A stretch of DNA of 64,000 bases from Camelus dromedarius. Taxonomy: Eukaryota. Below, piece by piece: positions 41,129 to 64,000 of this stretch (its first letter is position 1; each line of letters opens with the position of its first letter). A program made the position numbers and the translations under genes. Location: assembly GCF_036321535.1 (NCBI RefSeq), contig NC_087454.1:20150001-20214000 (forward strand), given 5' to 3'. The notes below the pieces were generated by a model, which did not search any database, had not been told where the DNA came from, and was given only the letters and a program-made list of their open reading frames with translations.

Positions 41129-43604
41129 AGGGAAGGCGGGTCTCACTGAAGAGAATCTGTCCCCTAGACCTAGGTCTGGCCCTTCAGCGCCGCACTAGCC
41201 CGATCAGACCCGCTCACTCCAGACGCGGCCTCCCGACCGGTCCAGCGTCCTCCACACCCTAGCTCTGCCCCCTCCTGGGTCGGATCGGGGAGCCGCTGAC
41301 TCACAGACCGCCCCGCCCTGAACTTGGGGAGGGGACCGGCGGGGGGCGGGACGATTCAGGGAGTGGGTCGGAAGGGAGATCCTCAGGTTTTCCAGATGAT
41401 CGAGGAGGAGGGTATCGAGGAGAGGGAATCCTGGGAAATTTGTTTCTCCGCCAGTCTCCCTGAACACAGAACTTTTTCTGCCTCAGTTTCCCTGCTTCAC
41501 TCATCAGAGGACACTCTCCCTCCACCCTCACACAAGAAACCGGACACCCACTGCTTGAGCACGTCCCTGACGGCCCAGAGAGGGAATTATAGAAGGGAAA
41601 GGTGGTGGTTTATTCCTTTTTCCACCTTGCCTTCGGACTCCAGTCCAAAGTCTGGGTTCCTAGGACTGTGGTCCAGGAAAGGGACTTGGAAGTGGAAGCT
41701 GGGGTTGGGAAAAGCGTGGTGAAATGTAGGGCAGGGGCGGGGAAAGGAGATAATCAGGCTCGTGTTGGGGAAACAGGAAGCTGCCTAACCACTGGGGGAG
41801 GTCCGCTACCACTCAGTAGCCTGATCAGTCATCTGGGGCCCCTTCCTGTGCCCCTTGTCCTTTTTTCTCACTGACACGTTACCTTGGAGACAGGGTAGGA
41901 GCCTAGGGTTGTTGTGGCCCCAGGATAGCTCTGCCCTGATCCTAAGGTCTTGGTGGTAGCTAGTCCTAACAGTGGGGAAAAAAGTGAAGATTAGACAGGA
42001 TAGTGTGAGTGGAGTCCTTGGGGATACAATTAGAGAAGTAGGGAGGACAGAAGAATAGCTCTCTTCCTTCCCAATAACCTTAATTTTGGAGGTTCTAGCA
42101 AACTCTTTATGGTCTGTTGAAAAATAGCCCAAAAATATGTCCTCTGAACTGGACATAGGCCAGCCTCTACATCTGACTCTCTCTCCTATCTAACCATCTT
42201 TTTCCTCCCCACCACCTTCTGTCTAGCAACACACCTACAGTTTCAGAGAAACATAGTGGAGTGTAAGGACATAGGGGCAAAACAGGGCTAAAAACGTAAA
42301 GAAAAGGAGAGAGTTGGGGGAGGAGAGAGTGGAGAGAAGAGAGGTGCTCGAACCAGCAGTTAGTGGTTTCCTCTTATGCTTCCTCTTCTGTGGGTTTTTT
42401 CCTCCCTGCGGGAAGGCGTTTCTCCACCCCCAAGAAGGAATATATGTGGTGTTTGCTCCCTTGAATTATCACAGCTTATAAGGATGTAGAATGAGTCAAT
42501 GAGTATGCATTTGTTGGGGGGGGGAATCTCCTTTATGTGTGATCCTCAAAATCTGCACACAAGAGCCCTTTCATCTGAGGAAGGGAGGTCAAAGCAGAGC
42601 TACTTCCTAGGGTCCTCTTCTGCTCCAGGTGGTCAATTTGCTCCACAAAAATCTCCCCTCTGGGAGAAGCCTCAGGCAAATGGGGCCAGCCCTGAGCTCA
42701 AACAGGTTTGGCAGATTCTCCCCTGCCTCTTTTCCCTCCTACAGCTTTTTACAGCTAGAGCTGCCTTGATCATCAATATTGACTTTGGCTAGCTGGTATG
42801 GTTACCCACAAAGAATTTTGCCTTAACTTCCCACGTGACAGAGAATGCTGCCCTCTCCTGGTGCCATCCATCAGTGCCTTATGGATTTGAAGCCAGGGGC
42901 TGTACCCCCAAATCCTGCATCAGAGAAGTTTCCCTCCCATATCAGTCTCCTTGCCTTTGCTTTTCTCCTATCTCAGTATCTCCGCTTTCCTTCCCCAGGC
43001 TTCTTTCTCCACTACCTCCCCTTCCTCAGCTTGGTAAAGCAGTCCCTAATCTCTTTCCACCCCAGACTGGAAGGTGTGTCCCTCCCCGACACTCCTTAGA
43101 GCTGTCACCTGGCCTCCAGTTCTCCGTAACTTCATTGCTCAACAATTTGCCAGGGGTAACCATTAACTCAGACCTTAACTCACTCTCCCAGCTTTCTCAC
43201 TAAATGGGATTTTCCAATCATTGGTTAGCAGAGCCAGGTTACACTCACTATCTTTCCTAAACTCTTGGGTGGGATCTCCACATCTCAGAGTACCCAGAAC
43301 AGTTAATTAGAGGGGAGATATATTTTAAGGGAAGTTTTTTAAAGTATATAATTGTTTATTTCTGTCTCCTTCACCTTGCTTCTTCTCCCCTTACACACAC
43401 ACACTCAAAAATTAAGCTGGTGGAGCAGGGATTTAATTATGCTCTCTGCTTTTGAGTACACCACCTGGCCCAGAAGGGAATGAATGATAAACCCTCTGTC
43501 CTTAGGGGTATGTGTTTGTATAGGGGTGTAGGTGTTCTTATCAGGGTTACTTCTTTCTGCAAGAATTTAGTGTAATTCGAATGCTTTCACCTTCTCTTGG
43601 GGGA

Positions 43605-43732
43605 CAGAGAATGCAGTGCTAGTGGGCTGGGGGAGAGGGGCAGAAAGGCAGACGCTGCCATCTGCGGCGTTGATATGCAAATACTTTGGGACAACCACCT
43701 CTCTTCAGCCACACCCACCAAGAGGAGAGAGT
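43605..43732. repeat. ~127-bp interspersed direct duplication, copy B (CLIC1/MSH5 promoter side)
   Basis: Matches 40090-40216 and contains the perfect octamer ATGCAAAT at 43675-43682. Confidence 0.9.
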
Positions 43733-44664
43733 CTTAGAATTGTTGGCACAAGTTGAATTAATGTTGCTTATCTCTACTCTCCAGAAAACCAAACCAAACC
43801 AAACCAAAAACGCGCCTCTGTTCCTTTAAGGTCGGCCTTCTCTCCAGATTCCCCAATGCCCCTAGACAAGCTACGGGGACCCGAACTCAGACTCAGTTAA
43901 GAACCTTCTCACAGGCTCCACCCCGTGTCAATCAAAGCCTAGAAACCCAGATCGCGCGAGGCCCGGGTGCTAAGCAACGGCAGAGGGCGGGAAGTTTTTA
44001 CGTTCTAGCACCGCCCCATATGCAAATAGGCCAATCACCGTCCAGCCTTCTCTGCAGTTCCCTCCTCCCCCTCTCTCTGTTGGATCTCTGGGGAGTTTCC
44101 GGATCCCTTCGACGAATAGCGGCTAAGAAGGCGGGGCGTATGCGCGCTCACCCCGCCCTCGCGCCGGCGCACCCCTCCCTGCAGGCTCGCGGCTGTTAGC
44201 GGCGGTCAGTGACGCGCGGTCTTGCACACGTCGCGACCCAGGTGACTGAGAAGGCGGGAAAACACCGCGAGTTGTCCGCAACTGGGTGGGGAAGTCAAGA
44301 AAGTGAGGCTGTGAACTTGGGGAATTATTTGGCAGTGGTGGAGAGAGGAAGCGTGCACAATTCGCCCCACTGGGCCCTCAGACCGTCTACAAAGTAGAAC
44401 CTCCGCCTGACAGAAATGAGGGTGGGGCAAGTGGGGTTTTCTACAGTCTGTACTTTAGTGAAATACTCGAGAAGTCGCTCCTCCCAATGCCCTATACCTG
44501 TCACCACAGCGCTCCAAGGGCCCTCGCAGCCCTGCCCCTCAGCCCTCTCCCATTAGTTCTCAGCGGTTTTGCATTTCTGCGCGCCCCCCTACCCCGCCCC
44601 CTCGCAGGTGACATCTCGCTCCAGAACCGCGTTAATTTTCTGCATCCGCAGAGCCTTCAAGGCC

Positions 44665-58576
<13,912 letters not shown>

Positions 58577-59000
58577 GAGTCCTTCCTCGGCCCTCCTCCG
58601 CCTCCCAGACCCTCTTTGTTTCCTTATCTCCTTCAGACCTAGAGTTCTCAGTTTCCCTGTAAATTTTGTTTTCTGTCAGTAATAAAGTTTATTTTGGAGA
58701 AAGTTATTGTTTCCTTAGGCCAGACAGACAGGAGAATAGGAAAGAGATGAAACGCAAAGCAGCAGTCCACAGAGGGACCTGCCCTGCCTCATTAAAAATA
58801 CAGTATCACTGCTGGAGGGAGACCCTTGAGTTCTACACAGAAGGACTCCATGAGGACCAGCCACTTCAACAGATCTTACAAAAACAGACGAGGGGGAAGA
58901 CAGGAGCCCACGGGAGATGGTCTTTCTCCTTAGAGTAGGAACACCTCAGCCTCAGGCAGACACAGCAGGAAGGGCTCTGAGAGGCTGAAAGTCTAGGTAG

Positions 59001-60524
<1,524 letters not shown>

Positions 60525-61232
60525 GGTCTCCTCTGGTTCCCCTCAGTTGTGCTGGGGAGGCTAGGTCAGAACCCCCAGCCTCCTTATTCCTTTTTTTGAC
60601 TCAACAGCTAAATGGCTCCAAGTAGTGGGTCAACTGAAGTCCAAACATTTTGGTATATAGTTTCTTCTCTCCTGAAAACTTCCATCTCACCTTTTTGGTG
60701 TTTTACACTCTCCCTCTTCCCTAAATGATTTGCATAATCTTTCTCTGAAATCCCTCTGGGGAGAAGAAATGTTTATTGAAACTGTCCTTCAACTTTAAAT
60801 ACAAAAATAAAATAGAAGCATCTCTAGAATTTCAATAAAAACAATTTTATAAATAATACATTTTGGTAGGAGGTGGAATACCTTCCTCACACTCCAAATC
60901 TTAATCTCTGCCCCCACATTATCTTCCCCTCTACCTGAGCCTGAGAGAGCATGAATAAGTAGTGGGATAAAGATGCTACAGAGGAATAGAAAGCAACTTT
61001 CTCCAGAAATGAGTCTTTGGTTTGGTTCCCACAAGGATTAGGGAAAGTGCATTATGAGAGAATCCATTGCCCTCCACTACAATCTTGCTAAGAAAGAGAC
61101 GGGATAAGTGCATGAGAAGGAAAACCGCCATCCTACCTGGGAGAGTAGGGTCCTGAGGCCCATGTTGCCTTCTCACCAATGGGGCAAGATAGCAAATACC
61201 GCTGGAGACCCATCCCTCGAGGGGCTGTTGTG

Positions 61233-63934
61233 TCAGCAGGAGGCCAGGCCTAGCAGGATCAGCGCCCCTCCAACTGTGCCCCACCACGGGTTGCCTACTA
61301 GCCCTCCCCCAGCTCCGCCCCGAGTCACCGAAGTAGAAGGATGAAGGGTAGGGCTGGTTGTGGTGAGGACAGGGTCAGTGGAGTAGACAGGAGCAGGGAG
61401 CTGGTTCTGGGGAGAAGGAGAAACTGTCAGGGTGGCTGTACCACCCTCCTCTTGCCCTGCCTATTCTGCAGTGGAAAGTGGGGGCACCTCACCTGTGGGG
61501 CCGGGGGCAGCACCAGGAGCCGGAGGAAGGCATGGGTTGGGGGCACTGTGCTGGCTTCTCGATCTGTCGCAGTCACCGTCACCATCACCACAGAGTCCGG
61601 GGCAGCTGAGTCTGGGACCTCCAGCCACAGGCGCCCCCAGGCAGACTCATTCTGTTCTAGGCTAACCCTGGAGAGTAGTGACATGGACTGACATCAGGCT
61701 GAAGCCCCAGGCTCCAAATAGCTGAGAGCCAAGCACAGGCAGGGAGAGGAGCAAGGAATCTGAGCACCAATCTGAAAGGGCAGGAGGCAAGGCTTAACGA
61801 GGTATACCAGAGCCTGAAACCTGGGAATAGAAAGATGAGTCCCAAAGGGAGCAGGAGGATTCAGGGGATTCACCTGGAGAGGTTGGAGGTGAGAGTGAAG
61901 CTGGGGTTGACAGATGTCCTAAGATCAAGATCCCGAGGGCCTGAGAAACTGGCAATGTGGAGGCTGAGCGGGGCCTTGGTTCCCGGCGCCAGGAGACTTG
62001 GGGGACCGCTGAGCTGTAGAGGAGGGCCAGTCAGGGGAGGGGCAGGTCCTATTCTCTCCAGCCCTGGCCACACCTTCCATTGGCTTCTCACCTCCAGAAG
62101 GACAGGAACTACAGCACAGGGCTGGGGGGCTGCCCGGTGTAGGCCCTGCCCCGCTCCATCCTGGCCAATAATCTCCAGAGAAAAGGGTCCCGCAGTGGAC
62201 AGAAGTGTGGGCGGTAGAGAGGCAGCAAAGAGACCTCGCTCCTGGGGTCCCACGGGCTCCAAAGGCACCTGGCCCAGCTCAGCACCCTGCGGGACTCCTC
62301 GAAGGACAACATGGGAGAAATGTGGCAGAGGATCTCCAGGGTGTCCTCTGGAGCCCAGCCCTGTCACTTCGACCAGCAGTTGGGTCTGGAGACCTGGGAC
62401 AGGGATGGGGGGGGGGGGGAGAGAACAGTGATCTGCATGAGGTTTGGAGACAAGGAGAAAAGGATGAGCAGCTTTGAATAGGGGTTGGTTCTGGGGAGTA
62501 TGGATGGGGAGGGCCTGGAGTGGGTTCTGGGATGCGAAATGTTCTACAGCTTGAACTGAGTGATGGTTACATGGGTGTATTATATAGAATCCACCCACCT
62601 GAACACTTAAATTTGGTGGACCTTATTAAATGTTTATTGTAATTCACTAAAGTTTATATATATATAAACAAGTTAGGGATGCGGGTAGATGTACCTGCAA
62701 CTGGTTGAGTCAGGGGGTAGAGGCCAGGGTGGGGTCCATCCTCCTTGGGGATCCCAAAGTGGAAGAGGAAGTCCAGGGAGGTCTGGGCTGAGGGAGGGCA
62801 AAGGCAGTCAGAGACCCTCCCGAGATGGTTGTGACTGATGTTGCTCTCTGAGCTCGGCAGTCTTCCTTTCTTTTCCCAGAAGTATCTCCCTCCTTACCTT
62901 GCACTCTTACCCGGGGGATGCCCTTGGCTGTGACCTGGATCTCCCAGGTTCCTGTCTGCAAGGGGTCATTCATGGTCACCATCCAGAACTGCCCGAAGCG
63001 GCGAGTGTGACCTAGAGGCCCGTCACCTTCCTCCTGGCCCTGGGAGACTCCTGAGTGGGTGTTGGGGATAAGAGATTGTCACATGAGAATTCCCCTCATT
63101 CTCCAATCTCCATTCTTCCCTCTGCCTTGAGAAACACATGTGGAAGTACCTGCAGGATTCCTGATCCAGAAACTGCTGACTTCCCCGTGGATCCGGACTG
63201 TGACCCTCTGGAGCCGCCCATCCACACTGAACACAAGTGGCCTCTCAGGCACAACAACAGAAGGCTCCAGGGGCAGGGTCACCTTGAGGGAGCAGGGCCG
63301 AAAAATGGGGAGAAGATAAGACATGGGATGAGGGGGAAACAAAGAAGAAAGAAAGGTAGAGACAAACTAAATAACACATAGAGAAGGGATACCACTGAGG
63401 GAGGAAGGACCAGGGTTGAAGCTATGGTCAATGACAAAGTTGAAGGAAAGGGACTAAGGATGATGCAACCATTTCTTGCCCCCCTTAAAAGATGGCAGGA
63501 CTTCTAGGGTAGCCATGAGGACAGAACACTAGAGGCCATGACTAGGGGGGAGATGGAAGTACTAATACAGTAGTGTAGAAGTTTGTAGCCATGGATCTCA
63601 GAGGGAGAGAAACTTCCTTTCCCACCCTTCTGCCTAGAATGGCAAATCAGCAATGGGAGCCATTCTCCTACAAGAAAGAGAAATGCAGTGTCACCCATCC
63701 CCTCAGTCCTGAGTTGAGTCCACTGATCTGTCTGGCCCCTACCCTTACCAGGTCAGCTATGCTGTCCCCAACAATGGCTGCCACATCCCGAATATACTGG
63801 TCTTTGGTGAAGATCACTTCTCCTCCTGAGGCCAGGGCCACTGCTTCATATGGCTCAAAACGCAGAGGGGACAAGACCTCACGTCGAGCTCGGCCATGAA
63901 ACCTAGATGGGTCTTCAGTCACCAGGAATGTGAC
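61233..63934 (-). CDS. VWA7: von Willebrand factor A domain-containing 7 (G7c), last 8 coding exons; gene continues beyond the window
   Basis: Exons 63934-63749, 63282-63150, 63050-62898, 62787-62695, 62393-62092, 62013-61874, 61667-61493, 61406-61233 with consistent phases. Contains [18 protein letters not shown] and a hydrophobic C-terminus [24 protein letters not shown] (-) at 60772-60777. Confidence 0.95.
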
Positions 63935-64000
63935 CTGTGTCCGGAAGAGAGGCCAGTACTTGAGGTTTCTATGTGCCATCTAACATTGTAAACAAAGGTC

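Noticed and set aside
62014-62091. VWA7 78-nt open-frame intron or mirtron
   Set aside because: A short phase-0 intron is often stop-free by chance, and the hairpin pairing is weak.

Overview
This is a mammalian MHC class III segment, probably from a camelid. That call rests on three tRNA-Ala-derived Vic-1-like SINEs and the absence of Alu, B1, Bov-tA/BovB and PRE-1 elements. Gene order is ABHD16A(-), LY6G6F(+), LY6G6E(-), LY6G6D(+), LY6G6C(-), MPIG6B/G6b(+), DDAH2(-), CLIC1(-), MSH5(+), SAPCD1(+) and the 3' part of VWA7(-). I traced the exons by hand and the frames close for every gene. Two N-gaps hide the ABHD16A start codon and the MSH5 Walker-A exon. The strongest anomaly is in MPIG6B. 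The 3' splice site of the transmembrane exon reads CG instead of AG, yet an in-frame AG lies 6 nt downstream and the intron is itself an open 3n frame. The next exon carries a perfect 18-bp duplication giving (SPPHPP)x2. Other observations are an intact LY6G6E, a stop-free alternative ORF in intron-1-retaining LY6G6D, a miR-4646-like tailed-mirtron hairpin, a ~127-bp duplicated element bracketing the CLIC1 ATG exon, a (GGGGCC)5 tract, a splice path linking the CLIC1 3' end to DDAH2, and nested or splice-site-adjacent retroelements in MSH5. I found no foreign insert, CRISPR array or wholly new multi-gene system. Comparisons with human or mouse sequences are from memory and need database confirmation.
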